Positions 1 to 9,258 of a stretch of DNA of 64,000 nucleotides are shown here, piece by piece. Position numbers and translations under genes: made by a program. The notes beneath the pieces are model-generated. The model had not been told where the DNA came from, made no database searches, and saw nothing but the letters and a program-made list of their open reading frames with translations. Source of the DNA: Chloroflexota bacterium (lineage in GTDB: Bacteria; Chloroflexota; Dehalococcoidia; Dehalococcoidales; RBG-16-60-22). Every line of letters starts with the position of its first letter. Within the stretch, counting starts at the first letter, position 1. Location: assembly GCA_018829775.1 (NCBI GenBank), contig JAHJTL010000075.1, positions 416 to 64,415 on the forward strand, given 5' to 3'.

Positions 1-2
1 GC

Positions 3-2108
3 CGTTGGCAGCATTTTCGCCCTGTTTCCCGCAAGGAGGCGTATGAAGCTGACATAACCTATGGGACGAGCAGCGAATTTGGCTTTGATTACCTGCGGGA
101 CAATATGGTGGTGGACCTGTCACAGTGCGTGCAGCGCGAGCTGAACTACGCCATCGTGGATGAGGTGGATAACCTGCTCATCGATGAAGCCCGCACCCCT
201 CTGATTATCAGCGGTCCGGCCGAGGAATCCGGCCAGATATACAACGTGTTTGCCCGCCTTATCCCTCGCTTCAAAGCGCAGATTGATTACATCGTTGACG
301 AGAAGGAGAGGAACGTCAGCCTGACCGATGCTGGCATCAACACCATGGAGGCGATGCTGAAAAGGGAGGGATTGCTGAAGTCGCCGAACCTCTATGACCC
401 GGCCAACTATATTTTCACCCGTTTTCTGGACAACGCCCTGAAGGCACACGTGCTTTTCAAGCGTGATAAGGAGTACGTGGTCAAGGACGGCGAGGTTATC
501 ATCGTTGATGAGTTTACCGGGCGGCTGATGTTCGGTCGGCGCTATTCCGAGGGACTGCACCAGGCGATTGAGGCGAAGGAGAACGTAAAGGTGCAGCGGG
601 AAACTAAAACCTATGCCACCATCACCATCCAGAATTACTTTCGCATGTACGGGAAGCTGGCCGGGATGACCGGTACTGCCGCCACCGAAGCGGAGGAGTT
701 TCATAAAATATACGGCCTGGAAGTTATGGAAATCCCAACAAATGAGAAGATGATACGTGATGACTTCCCCGACCAGATTTACAAGAACGAGCGGGGCAAG
801 TTCAATGCCGTGGTGCGTGAAATCGAGCAGATGCACCGGGAAGGGCGTCCGGTGCTGCTCGGCACCGTTTCCATTGAGAAATCGGAATACCTGAGCGACC
901 TCCTGAAGCGAAAAGGCATTCCCCATGAAGTGCTCAACGCCAAGCAGCACGAAAAGGAAGCCTCAATCATTGCCCGGGCGGGAGAACCGGGGGTGGTTAC
1001 CGTGGCCACCAATATGGCGGGCCGGGGCGTTGACATTGTGCTCGGGGGGAGTCTGGACGGCCAGAGTGAAACCGAATGGCAGGAGAAGCATAACCAGGTG
1101 GTATCAAATGGAGGGCTGCACGTTATCGGCACGGAGCGCCACGAGGCACGGCGGATTGATAACCAGCTTCGAGGCCGGTCAGGGCGACAGGGCGACCCGG
1201 GAAGTTCGCGCTTTTTCGTTTCCCTTGAGGATGAAGTGGTGCGGCGTTTCGGCGGCGAGCGCATTAAAGGCATTATGGACTGGGTGGGGATGGACGAAAG
1301 CATGCCCATTGAGAACAAGCTGGTGAACCGCTCCATCGAGGGTTCCCAGGTCAGGGTGGAGGGATTCCACTTTGACATGCGCAAGCACCTGGTCGAGTAT
1401 GATGACGTGGTCAACAAGCACCGCGAGCTTATTTATGCGGAACGCCGGAAAATCCTTGACGGCACCGACCTCAAGACCAACATTCTGCCCATGGTGCGGG
1501 ATGAGATACGGAATATGGTGGGCAGACACATGGCCGATGAGCACGGACTTGGCTGGGACGTGGAAGGTCTGCTCGCCGATGTGGCCACGGTCTTTCCTAT
1601 ACCTCCAGCATTGACCCCAGACTCATTACTGGAAACAAAACCCAAGCAGATTGAAGAGAAACTCACCGAGTTGGCGGAGACGCTTTATGATGAGCGGGAA
1701 AAGGAGCTGGGGCCGGAAAACATGCGGGTGCTCGAGCGACTGGTCATGCTGCGCATCATTGATAGCCTGTGGGTGGAACACCTGACGGCGATGGAGAATA
1801 TGCGCCTCCAGGCGGGGTGGCAGACGCTGCGCCAGACGCGGGCGGTAGATGCCTACAAGAGCGAGGGCTACCGGCAGTTTCAGACGCTGCTCGAAACCAT
1901 CCAGCATGATGTGGTGCATACCATCTACCACGTGAACATTGCCAGGAAAGAACCGTCGGCGCAGGCACCGTCGCCGATGGCCCAGGTGGTCGGGCGGGAT
2001 GCTGCCAGCAAAAAGCAGAAAGCCAGGGTAGGCGGCAGGAAGATAGGGCGCAATGAACCCTGCCCCTGCGGGAGCGGTAAGAAATACAAACACTGCTGTG
2101 GAAGGTGA
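3..2108 (+). CDS. secA: Preprotein translocase ATPase SecA (N-terminus lies upstream of the window)
   Basis: Frame is open from the window edge (..EAYEADITYGTSSEFGFDYLRDNM..). SecA motifs TGTAATEAEEF, MAGRGVDI and LRGRSGRQGDPG are present. C-terminal zinc finger CPCGSGKKYKHCCG. Confidence 0.97.
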   Translation, partial: RWQHFRPVSRKEAYEADITYGTSSEFGFDYLRDNMVVDLSQCVQRELNYAIVDEVDNLLIDEARTPLIISGPAEESGQIYNVFARLIPRFKAQIDYIVDEKERNVSLTDAGINTMEAMLKREGLLKSPNLYDPANYIFTRFLDNALKAHVLFKRDKEYVVKDGEVIIVDEFTGRLMFGRRYSEGLHQAIEAKENVKVQRETKTYATITIQNYFRMYGKLAGMTGTAATEAEEFHKIYGLEVMEIPTNEKMIRDDFPDQIYKNERGKFNAVVREIEQMHREGRPVLLGTVSIEKSEYLSDLLKRKGIPHEVLNAKQHEKEASIIARAGEPGVVTVATNMAGRGVDIVLGGSLDGQSETEWQEKHNQVVSNGGLHVIGTERHEARRIDNQLRGRSGRQGDPGSSRFFVSLEDEVVRRFGGERIKGIMDWVGMDESMPIENKLVNRSIEGSQVRVEGFHFDMRKHLVEYDDVVNKHRELIYAERRKILDGTDLKTNILPMVRDEIRNMVGRHMADEHGLGWDVEGLLADVATVFPIPPALTPDSLLETKPKQIEEKLTELAETLYDEREKELGPENMRVLERLVMLRIIDSLWVEHLTAMENMRLQAGWQTLRQTRAVDAYKSEGYRQFQTLLETIQHDVVHTIYHVNIARKEPSAQAPSPMAQVVGRDAASKKQKARVGGRKIGRNEPCPCGSGKKYKHCCGR

Positions 2109-2117
2109 TATGAGAGC

Positions 2118-2450
2118 ATGATAAGTGAGGAACAGTTAAAGGAATTGCGTCAGGAAGTAAGCGGAGAGATGGACGGGTTGGCCAATCTGGAAAGGCCGCT
2201 CACCAAAGAAGAGGAAAAGCACCGGAAAAAGCTGCAGTTCAGGAAGTACGTCCTGGATAAGATAAAGGAAGCCAGGGACAAGAACCAGAAAAGCGACGAG
2301 CTTTACAATACCACCTACTATCAGATGCTGGTGCCGTGGGGCGAGAAACACCCTGTTCTGTTCTTCCTCTGGATGCGCATTATCAGGGCGAGGTGGTGGG
2401 GTGTAACGGCATATAATTACGGGGATGCGTGGAAGGGGAAAGAGAAATAA
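2118..2450 (+). CDS. Hypothetical protein (110 aa, charged N-terminal half, Trp-rich hydrophobic C-terminus)
   Basis: ORF starts 10 nt after the secA stop. No motif I recognise. Confidence 0.5.
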   Translation: MISEEQLKELRQEVSGEMDGLANLERPLTKEEEKHRKKLQFRKYVLDKIKEARDKNQKSDELYNTTYYQMLVPWGEKHPVLFFLWMRIIRARWWGVTAYNYGDAWKGKEK

Positions 2451-2466
2451 AGATGGGGAATTCATT

Positions 2467-3378
2467 ATGGTAATAATGGAAATGCCTACAACAATACGTG
2501 AAGGTAACAGCCTTCATAGAGCGAAATTAAATATCGGTTATAAAAGAACCTGTGCTTGTAAAACGAGCCATATTAATTGTATGACAGCAAAGCAATGGCT
2601 TAAGAGTCAGCTTGGTGTATGGCAGTTTAATTATGAAGCAAGGGATATTCGCAAAAAAACTATTCATCCAGCTACTTTCCCTATCTCCCTAGCTAAAAAA
2701 GTTATTGAGTTGTTCACTCATGAAGGTGAGCTTGTACTGGATCCGTTTGTTGGCAGTGGTACTACTCTAGTTGCCGCAGGGGATACAAACAGAAGCGCTG
2801 TTGGGTTTGACCTGCAAGGGAGTTATATTGATTTATGTGAAAAACGCCTTGCTCAATCTAGTCTTCTTGCAGAAACTAAGCAGATAGCTGTTCAAGATGA
2901 TGCCATATTCATACAAGAATACTTTGAGCCAGAAACAATTAGTCTTATAGTAACGTCACCACCCTATGCGAATCTTCTGAATAGGGTACGACAGAATAAG
3001 TCTAGAAGATTCAGAAAGAACGAGCAGTTGGGTAAAATAGAGCAATATTCTCAAGATCCCAGAGACCTCGGGACAATGAATCTTGATGAATATACAATAG
3101 CTATGGGTAATATATTCGAATCACTCTTGACGCTGCTCCGACCAAAGGCACATTGTGTAATAAATGTGCCAGATATGTGGTGGGAAAACACTAGAATCAC
3201 GATACACGTTTCGCTCATTGAAGAGTTAAGAAAACGCGGATATGAACTTAGAAACATAATAATCTGGGATAGAACAAATCTTGTCAACAAGATTGGAATA
3301 TTTGGCTGGCCAAGCAATTACATTACTATGGGTGTAACCTTCGAATACCTTCTAGACTTTTGGAGACCGCCGAAATAA
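2467..3378 (+). CDS. Type II DNA methyltransferase (N4-cytosine/N6-adenine family, probably m4C)
   Basis: HPATFPISLAKKVIELFT..VLDPFVGSGTT (AdoMet motif I) is followed about 70 aa later by IVTSPPY (catalytic motif IV; SPPY is typical of m4C enzymes). Start chosen at ATG 2467 after GGGGA. Region is visibly AT-rich versus its flanks. Confidence 0.85.
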   Translation: MVIMEMPTTIREGNSLHRAKLNIGYKRTCACKTSHINCMTAKQWLKSQLGVWQFNYEARDIRKKTIHPATFPISLAKKVIELFTHEGELVLDPFVGSGTTLVAAGDTNRSAVGFDLQGSYIDLCEKRLAQSSLLAETKQIAVQDDAIFIQEYFEPETISLIVTSPPYANLLNRVRQNKSRRFRKNEQLGKIEQYSQDPRDLGTMNLDEYTIAMGNIFESLLTLLRPKAHCVINVPDMWWENTRITIHVSLIEELRKRGYELRNIIIWDRTNLVNKIGIFGWPSNYITMGVTFEYLLDFWRPPK

Positions 3379-4184
3379 TGAAGCTATATACGAAAGAACA
3401 ACTTATCGAAGCTGCACGTGAGGTTTTTCGGCAGGGTTGGCACAAAAGTGTAAAAGAAACTTACGGTGCACGAAATGATGGTGCGGTGGGAAATACATTA
3501 GAAATGTTGCTCGGTATAGAGGAAAACAATTTACCAATACCCAACGCGTCCGAGTGGGAGTTAAAAGGGCAAAGGTCTCGTACAAGTTCATTAATTACTC
3601 TAAAACATGTTGAACCATCGCCCACCGCTGTGGGAATCGTGCCTAACTTACTACTTCCGTATTACGGCTGGAAGCATAAACAAGCTGGTAAGAAATATCC
3701 ACCAACGGAGATGAGTTTTAGATCAACTACTAGTGCAACAGACTATACTAGTAGAGGTTTTATAATAGTCGCTGATAAGAAGCAGCAAAAGCTGCGCTTT
3801 GTATTTAACTCTACGAAAGCCAATATAAGCGATCCAGGGGTTACGTCGTGGTTGAGGACAGTAGAAGGAAGGGTTGGCCTTGACCCTCTTGAACCAGAAC
3901 CTTATTGGGGATTTGAGGACTTGAGATATGTAATTGGGTCTAAGATCAGGAATTGTTTCTACGTCGTTGCGGACAGTAAAGTAGAAGCTTCGAGGGAGTT
4001 CTTCCTTTATAGAGAGCTGCATGTCCTATCTGGTTTCTCATTTGAAAGTTTCATTAGATGTATTGAAGATGGTTCAATTCTTGTCGATTTCGATGCGAGG
4101 ACTGGGCACAACCACGGTACTAAATTCCGGATGAAACAAGGCCATTGGAGGGATCTTTACGAAGATGTCCAGCGTGTTATCTAA
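3378..4184 (+). CDS. Type II restriction endonuclease, MvaI/BcnI family
   Basis: MKLYTKEQL.. N-terminus, GNTLEMLLGIEENN-x8-EWELKG-x9-TLKH and C-terminal DARTGHNHGTKFR..LYEDVQRV match the BcnI/MvaI (MutH-like) pattern as I remember it. The start ATG overlaps the methyltransferase stop (TAATG). Confidence 0.78.
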   Translation: MKLYTKEQLIEAAREVFRQGWHKSVKETYGARNDGAVGNTLEMLLGIEENNLPIPNASEWELKGQRSRTSSLITLKHVEPSPTAVGIVPNLLLPYYGWKHKQAGKKYPPTEMSFRSTTSATDYTSRGFIIVADKKQQKLRFVFNSTKANISDPGVTSWLRTVEGRVGLDPLEPEPYWGFEDLRYVIGSKIRNCFYVVADSKVEASREFFLYRELHVLSGFSFESFIRCIEDGSILVDFDARTGHNHGTKFRMKQGHWRDLYEDVQRVI

Positions 4185-4247
4185 AGCACAGCAATGAAAT
4201 TATGAAAGCTAACGAAGGTGGCATGGCTAGGAAAGAGGCTCTTCAAA

Positions 4248-4541
4248 ATGACTAACTCTGAAATCGCTCAAATCTTTCTTGAAATCGCGGAGCTTTTAAA
4301 GCTCAAGAAGGACAACATCTTCAAGATACGGGCGTATGAGAAGGCGGCGTGGGCTATAGAGGAGCTGCCGGTGGATGCGGGGCAGCTCGTGGCGGAGGAT
4401 AGGCTAAAGGAAATCCCGGGGGTGGGGGAGGCGATAAATAAAAAAGTAATTGAGCTGGTGACCACGGGAAAGCTGGACTTCTACGAAAGGCTGAAGGCCG
4501 AGTTTCCGGAAAAAGAGGGCTCTGTTCGGGGAAAAGGGTAA
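4248..4541 (+). CDS. Stand-alone helix-hairpin-helix protein resembling the N-terminal 8-kDa domain of family-X DNA polymerases
   Basis: MTNSEIAQIFLEIAELLKLKKDNIFKIRAYEKAAWAIEEL...IPGVGEAINKKVIELVTTGKLDFYERL is the typical PolX N-terminus, but the protein ends after about 97 aa. ATG 4248 is preceded by AAGAGG; the track's GTG 4218 is less likely. Confidence 0.65.
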   Translation: MTNSEIAQIFLEIAELLKLKKDNIFKIRAYEKAAWAIEELPVDAGQLVAEDRLKEIPGVGEAINKKVIELVTTGKLDFYERLKAEFPEKEGSVRGKG

Positions 4542-4543
4542 TA

Positions 4544-5287
4544 ATGAAGGTTGCATCGGAACAGGCGACATCTTCGAAATCGCTTCTGGCCAGCGATGCC
4601 GAGGCCATCAGGCACCTGGAACAGGAGATTGCCGGCGGCAGGCACTGGTATGTCGCCCTGCTGGAGGCGATGGGGATGTGGAGCTCCGCGATAGAAGACC
4701 ATCAAGGCAGGATATACCGATACCTCATTGCCGGGGAGGCCTTCGACTGGCTGCTGCTGGCGGAGCGACTCTGCGGGACGGTTGACGACCTTCTGCCGGT
4801 GGACGAGAAAGAAGCGCTCCTTTTCTACGCCAGACCGCCCCTGAAACTCAATCCCGAAGAAGTCAGGGCGCTTATCGGACAGAGCAAATACAACCAGTAC
4901 CTGAACTACTTCTACGGCGTCACTGTGGAGGGGGCAATGATAATGGCCGTCGAGGAGGAGGTGCTCAAAGAGAGGCGGGTATCCGGCTTTAACAACGATA
5001 GTGACGTCAACAACGAGGCATACCGTCGGATTTATGGGGAGAGCAGGCAGGTATTGCTCAAGTGCTTCCGGAAGGAAGCAGGTTATCCGCAACTGAGGTC
5101 AATCACGCTGGCCGAGATGAAGGAATTTTCCTACTGGCTGTTCAAATATCGTGTTGAGCAGTGTGAGCGTGCCAAGGTGGCCAGCGATACCAGGAAGGCG
5201 CTTGAATATCTGAAACGGCAATGGGCTCATAAAGGGATTTTTAGCGTGTTGGCGGCTGAGGATTTGGCCGCCGGGCGCAGGCATTGA
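4544..5287 (+). CDS. Hypothetical protein (247 aa), translationally coupled to the HhH protein
   Basis: ATG lies 2 nt after the upstream stop (GGGTAATAATG). Backbone-like GC. No recognisable motif. Confidence 0.6.
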   Translation: MKVASEQATSSKSLLASDAEAIRHLEQEIAGGRHWYVALLEAMGMWSSAIEDHQGRIYRYLIAGEAFDWLLLAERLCGTVDDLLPVDEKEALLFYARPPLKLNPEEVRALIGQSKYNQYLNYFYGVTVEGAMIMAVEEEVLKERRVSGFNNDSDVNNEAYRRIYGESRQVLLKCFRKEAGYPQLRSITLAEMKEFSYWLFKYRVEQCERAKVASDTRKALEYLKRQWAHKGIFSVLAAEDLAAGRRH

Positions 5288-5303
5288 GGTATCACTTCGC
5301 TCG

Positions 5304-5780
5304 CTAGGCATTCACTGTTTCTTTTGGCGCGCGTACCACCAGCACCGGTACACCTGCCGTACGCAGGACCTTGTCGGTGATGCTGCCGAAGGTAAGCCGG
5401 CTGAGCCCCGAACGACCGTGGGTTGACATGGCAATGAGGTCGACCTTGAGCTCATCCGCCGCTTTGACAATTTCTTCCGCCGCTTTCCCTGAAGCCGCTT
5501 TCGTTTTAACGTTGATGCCTTTGCTTTTAAGGCTTTCTCCGGTCTTATTCAGGTATTCCTTGGCCTTCTTTGTAATGTGTGTTATCTCTTTATCCGTATA
5601 GGGCACCTGAACGCTTGCCTCTCCGGCAATCACGTAATGGGCCAGCGAGGTCATTACCTGGAAAAGAATTACCTCGGTCTTTACGTCCGGTGCTATCTTG
5701 GAGATGAGCCTCTCCACGTGGTCCAGGGCCGCTTCGCCTACTTTAGAACCGTCCAGTGGGACCAGAATTCTCTCGAACAT
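5304..5780 (-). CDS. Universal stress protein (UspA family)
   Basis: [12 protein letters not shown]...[28 protein letters not shown] pattern. Confidence 0.9.
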   Translation of the reverse strand: MFERILVPLDGSKVGEAALDHVERLISKIAPDVKTEVILFQVMTSLAHYVIAGEASVQVPYTDKEITHITKKAKEYLNKTGESLKSKGINVKTKAASGKAAEEIVKAADELKVDLIAMSTHGRSGLSRLTFGSITDKVLRTAGVPVLVVRAPKETVNA

Positions 5781-5791
5781 CTCCCACCTCC

Positions 5792-8464
5792 TCAGAGTTT
5801 ACTGATCTGCTCTTTCAGTCGCTCCAGCCTGTCAATTATAGTGTACAGCTTCTGGCGCTCCTTATCAATAACTGATTTTGGCGCTTTGGCTAAAAATTCC
5901 TGGTTATCCAGCCGGGCTTTCAGGCGGTCCATCTCAACTTGGCTCTGGTCTATCTCCTTTTGCAGTCGCTTTTTCTCCGTTTCAAGGTCGAACATGCTGG
6001 ACATGGGGATGATGACCTCGGCCTCCTTCAGGACCGATACCAGTGATTCTTTCCGTGAGGCACCTTCATCGCGTTGCTTTAAAAAGACGACTGGCCTGGC
6101 CCGTGCCAGCATCTGGATGGTCTCGGAATAGGGAACGATAGACGTGGTTAGCTTGTCGGCGTAAATCTGCGCCTCTACCCAGCGGTTGCTCTCCACGCCG
6201 TGATGAGCCCTGGCATTGCGGATGGCGCGGACGATTTCTATTATTGTCTCCATTACCCGTTCCGCCTCCCGGTCAACCGCCTTTTTGTTGGCCTCAGGAT
6301 AAGCAGCAATCATTACGGACTCGGCTTCCTGCCAGCCGTCAGGCAGGGAACGTTTCAGGTTCTGCCACAACTCTTCAGTGACGAAGGGCATATAGGGATG
6401 CAGCAACCGCAGCGAGGTATCAAGCACGTGAATCAGGACCGGTAGCGGCGATGGCAGGTCGCTATCGGGGCGGAGGCGGATTTTGGCGAACTCAATGTAC
6501 CAGTCGCAATACTCGCTCCAGAGAAAATCGTGTATCTGGCGCAGGGCTTCGCCAAGCTGGAATTCATTTATCAAGCTGCTCACACTGGCTACGGTGCGAT
6601 TGAGTCGACTAAGAATCCAGAGGTCTTCAAGCGGCAGATGGTCCGGCATTTCGAGAGCGGTCGTTCCGGGTTCAATACTGCGGATTACAAATCGGGCAGC
6701 GTTCCACAACTTGTTGGCGAAGCTGCGGCCGGCTTCCAGCCTGGATGTGGCCAACTTGATATCATTGCCGGGTGCCGTGCCAGTGGAGAGGGCAAAGCGC
6801 AGGGCATCGGTGCCGTACTGCTCGAGCAGGACGATGGGGTTGAGCACGTTGCCCCTGACTTTGCTCATCTTCTCCCCCTTTTCATCGCGAATGAGGCCAT
6901 GCAGGAAAACGGTGTGAAAGGGAATATCATCGCAGTCGGCAATCCCCATCATTATCATGCGGGCCACCCAGAAGAAAAGGATGTCGTAGCCGGTCTCCAT
7001 GACCGAGGTCGGGTAGAAGTAGCGGAGGTCTTCGGTGTCGTCCGGCCAGCCGAGCGTAGAATGCGTCCACAGTGCCGAGCTGAACCAGGTATCCAGGACA
7101 TCGGGGTCCTGCTCCAGCCTGGCTGAGCCGCATTTCTGACAGGCGGTGGGCTCCTCGACGGAAACGGTAAGCTCATCGCAGTCCTGGCAGTACCATACCG
7201 GGATGCGGTGTCCCCACCACAGCTGGCGGCTGATGCACCAGTCGCGGATGTTCTCCATCCAGTTGAGATATACCTTGGTGAAACGCTGAGGAACGATGGT
7301 TATCCGCCCGCTGGTTACTGCTTCAATAGCCGGTTTCGCCACGGGTTCCGCACTGACAAACCACTGCTGGCTGGCGATGGGCTCAATCATCGTCTGGCAG
7401 CGGATGCAGTGTCCCACGGCGTGGGAATGCGGCTCAACCTTGATGAAGAGCCCTTCTTTCTCCAGGTCTTCTATAATCGCTTTACGGCAGGCGAAGCGGT
7501 CCATCCCAACGTAGGGACCGGCATTTTCGTTCATGGTGGCGTCATCGTTCAGGATGTTAACCAGTGGCAGACCGTGGCGCTGGGCCACCTCAAAGTCTGT
7601 CGGGTCATGCGACGGCGTGATTTTCACCGCGCCGGTGCCGAATTTGGGGTCAACCGCCTCGTCGGCGATAATGGGGATGACGCGGTTTACGGCGGGCAGG
7701 ATTGCCTTTTTACCAATCATATTTTTAAAGCGCTTATCTTTCGGATTGACGGCTACCGCCGTATCACCGAGTATCGTTTCCGGCCGGGTGGTGGCCACGG
7801 TGATAAATTCATTATCGCTATCGACAAGAGGATAGCGGACATGGTACAGGTGTCCGCTGATATCCCTGTGCTCCGTTTCAAGGTCGGAGAGGGCGGTGGA
7901 ACAGCGGGGACACCAGTTGATGATGCGCTCACCCCGGTAAATCAATCCCCTCTCGTAGAGCCTGACAAAGGCGGTGCGTACCGCCCGGCTCGGGCCCTCG
8001 TCCAGTGTGAACACCTCCCGGTCCCAGTCGCAGGAGACACCAAGCCGCTGGTGCTGTTCCGAGATGGTGCCGCGGCAGCTATTGGCCCACTGCCACATCC
8101 TCTCCAGGAACTTGTCCCGGCCCATCTCATGGCGGTTTAATCCTTCTGATGCCAGCATCTTCTCCACCACCACCTGCGCCGCGATACCGGCATGGTCGAC
8201 CCCGGGCAGCCAGAGCGTCGGCTCGCCCTTCATGCGATGCCAGCGGGTCAGAATATCCTCCATGGTGGCGGTCAGCGCGTGGCCGAGATGCAGCTCGCCG
8301 GTAACGTTGGGCGGGGGCATGATGATAACGAAAGGCTTCTTGTCCGGGTTTATTTCCGGCTTGAAGTAGCCCTTATCCATCCAGAACCGGTACCACTTCT
8401 GCTCTACCTTACCAGGCTCGTACGCCTTGGGCATTTCCTGTTGAGTATTAACTGAGTCTGCCAT
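5792..8464 (-). CDS. valS: Valine--tRNA ligase
   Basis: 890 aa. [14 protein letters not shown] (HIGH) and KMSKVRGN (KMSKS) motifs, editing domain, C-terminal coiled coil. Confidence 0.98.
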   Translation of the reverse strand: MADSVNTQQEMPKAYEPGKVEQKWYRFWMDKGYFKPEINPDKKPFVIIMPPPNVTGELHLGHALTATMEDILTRWHRMKGEPTLWLPGVDHAGIAAQVVVEKMLASEGLNRHEMGRDKFLERMWQWANSCRGTISEQHQRLGVSCDWDREVFTLDEGPSRAVRTAFVRLYERGLIYRGERIINWCPRCSTALSDLETEHRDISGHLYHVRYPLVDSDNEFITVATTRPETILGDTAVAVNPKDKRFKNMIGKKAILPAVNRVIPIIADEAVDPKFGTGAVKITPSHDPTDFEVAQRHGLPLVNILNDDATMNENAGPYVGMDRFACRKAIIEDLEKEGLFIKVEPHSHAVGHCIRCQTMIEPIASQQWFVSAEPVAKPAIEAVTSGRITIVPQRFTKVYLNWMENIRDWCISRQLWWGHRIPVWYCQDCDELTVSVEEPTACQKCGSARLEQDPDVLDTWFSSALWTHSTLGWPDDTEDLRYFYPTSVMETGYDILFFWVARMIMMGIADCDDIPFHTVFLHGLIRDEKGEKMSKVRGNVLNPIVLLEQYGTDALRFALSTGTAPGNDIKLATSRLEAGRSFANKLWNAARFVIRSIEPGTTALEMPDHLPLEDLWILSRLNRTVASVSSLINEFQLGEALRQIHDFLWSEYCDWYIEFAKIRLRPDSDLPSPLPVLIHVLDTSLRLLHPYMPFVTEELWQNLKRSLPDGWQEAESVMIAAYPEANKKAVDREAERVMETIIEIVRAIRNARAHHGVESNRWVEAQIYADKLTTSIVPYSETIQMLARARPVVFLKQRDEGASRKESLVSVLKEAEVIIPMSSMFDLETEKKRLQKEIDQSQVEMDRLKARLDNQEFLAKAPKSVIDKERQKLYTIIDRLERLKEQISKL

Positions 8465-8572
8465 AACGACCTTTCTAGATTTGCTTTGGTAACCTCTCCC
8501 CCTTAATCCCCCTCTCCTTACGAAGGGCTTTGTATCATAACTGCCTTCTGTATCAAAAGTCGGGTAGTTGTA

Positions 8573-9001
8573 TCAAAAGTCACCTACTTCTCTAGCAACC
8601 AACTGGAATATTCTCAACACATTCCATGCAGTAAGAGGCATAGGTGGCCCTGGTAAGAACCGCTTAATTCCAGCCTCTTTGAGTCTGACATCTTGTTCAG
8701 GCCGCCAAACCCAGATAGTCTTTGGGTCTAGCCTCATAATAGCTTTCCAATCCTCTCCAGTATCCTCTCCATAATCATATCGGTCTTCTTCCGTCATCTC
8801 ATAAGCTGTCTCATGAACAACTGCACACCCTACAATGGCGCCTTCTATCTCAAAGAAAGCAAGAGAATTTGATGGCACGTCAAACACTCTGGCTAGCAGA
8901 TATATACCATCTTTCCTTAAGCCTTTATCTAACCAACTTCGTAAATCCTCTTTACTATGGAATCCGCCTTTCTTACTATGAGAAAATAATCTAGCTTCCA
9001 T
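8573..9001 (-). CDS. Hypothetical protein (142 aa) in an AT-rich cassette
   Basis: ORF follows the HTH gene by 24 nt on the same strand. Lower GC than coaBC/valS. No motif I can name. Confidence 0.55.
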   Translation of the reverse strand: MEARLFSHSKKGGFHSKEDLRSWLDKGLRKDGIYLLARVFDVPSNSLAFFEIEGAIVGCAVVHETAYEMTEEDRYDYGEDTGEDWKAIMRLDPKTIWVWRPEQDVRLKEAGIKRFLPGPPMPLTAWNVLRIFQLVAREVGDF

Positions 9002-9025
9002 ACTGTTATTCCTCCTTCTCCTATA

Positions 9026-9247
9026 TTAGCGGCTACCTTTAACGTAGCGCCTCTGTTTTGGTATTCGCCTCTTCTTCAACAGTTTATCCAACATTGCCAA
9101 GATAGCCTTAGCGTTAGTAGCGTTCCTATGACCAGCCCTCCAGTTTTCTACAGTGTCAGCCTTGACCCCTAATTCATCCGCAATAGATGCTAGTGTCCAA
9201 CCATTCTCTGTTAACTGTGCTATTTTTGTTTGTATCTCGCTATTCAT
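9026..9247 (-). CDS. Small helix-turn-helix DNA-binding protein (73 aa)
   Basis: GWTLASIADELGVKADTVENW is a classic HTH, followed by a basic tail KKRRIPKQRRY. GGGAG lies 8 nt upstream of the ATG. Confidence 0.6.
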   Translation of the reverse strand: MNSEIQTKIAQLTENGWTLASIADELGVKADTVENWRAGHRNATNAKAILAMLDKLLKKRRIPKQRRYVKGSR

Positions 9248-9258
9248 TTGTTTGCTCC

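Noticed and set aside
4218-4541. Treating the HhH gene as a 5' fragment of a disrupted polX pseudogene (and using the track's GTG 4218 start)
   Set aside because: Downstream DNA in all three frames shows no PolX fingers, palm or PHP sequence, and the next ORF is tightly coupled and unrelated. ATG 4248 has the better SD and matches the usual PolX N-terminus. It is kept as a stand-alone gene rather than a pseudogene.
7208-8140. 310-aa plus-strand ORF inside valS
   Set aside because: It is antisense to valS, whose HIGH/KMSKS motifs fix the real frame.
8465-8572. T-box or other leader RNA upstream of valS
   Set aside because: Only about 108 nt are available, which is too short for a T-box, and I could not find a specifier/T-box sequence. 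The purine-rich GAGAGGGGGA..GGGGGAGAGG stretch is noted but remains unexplained.
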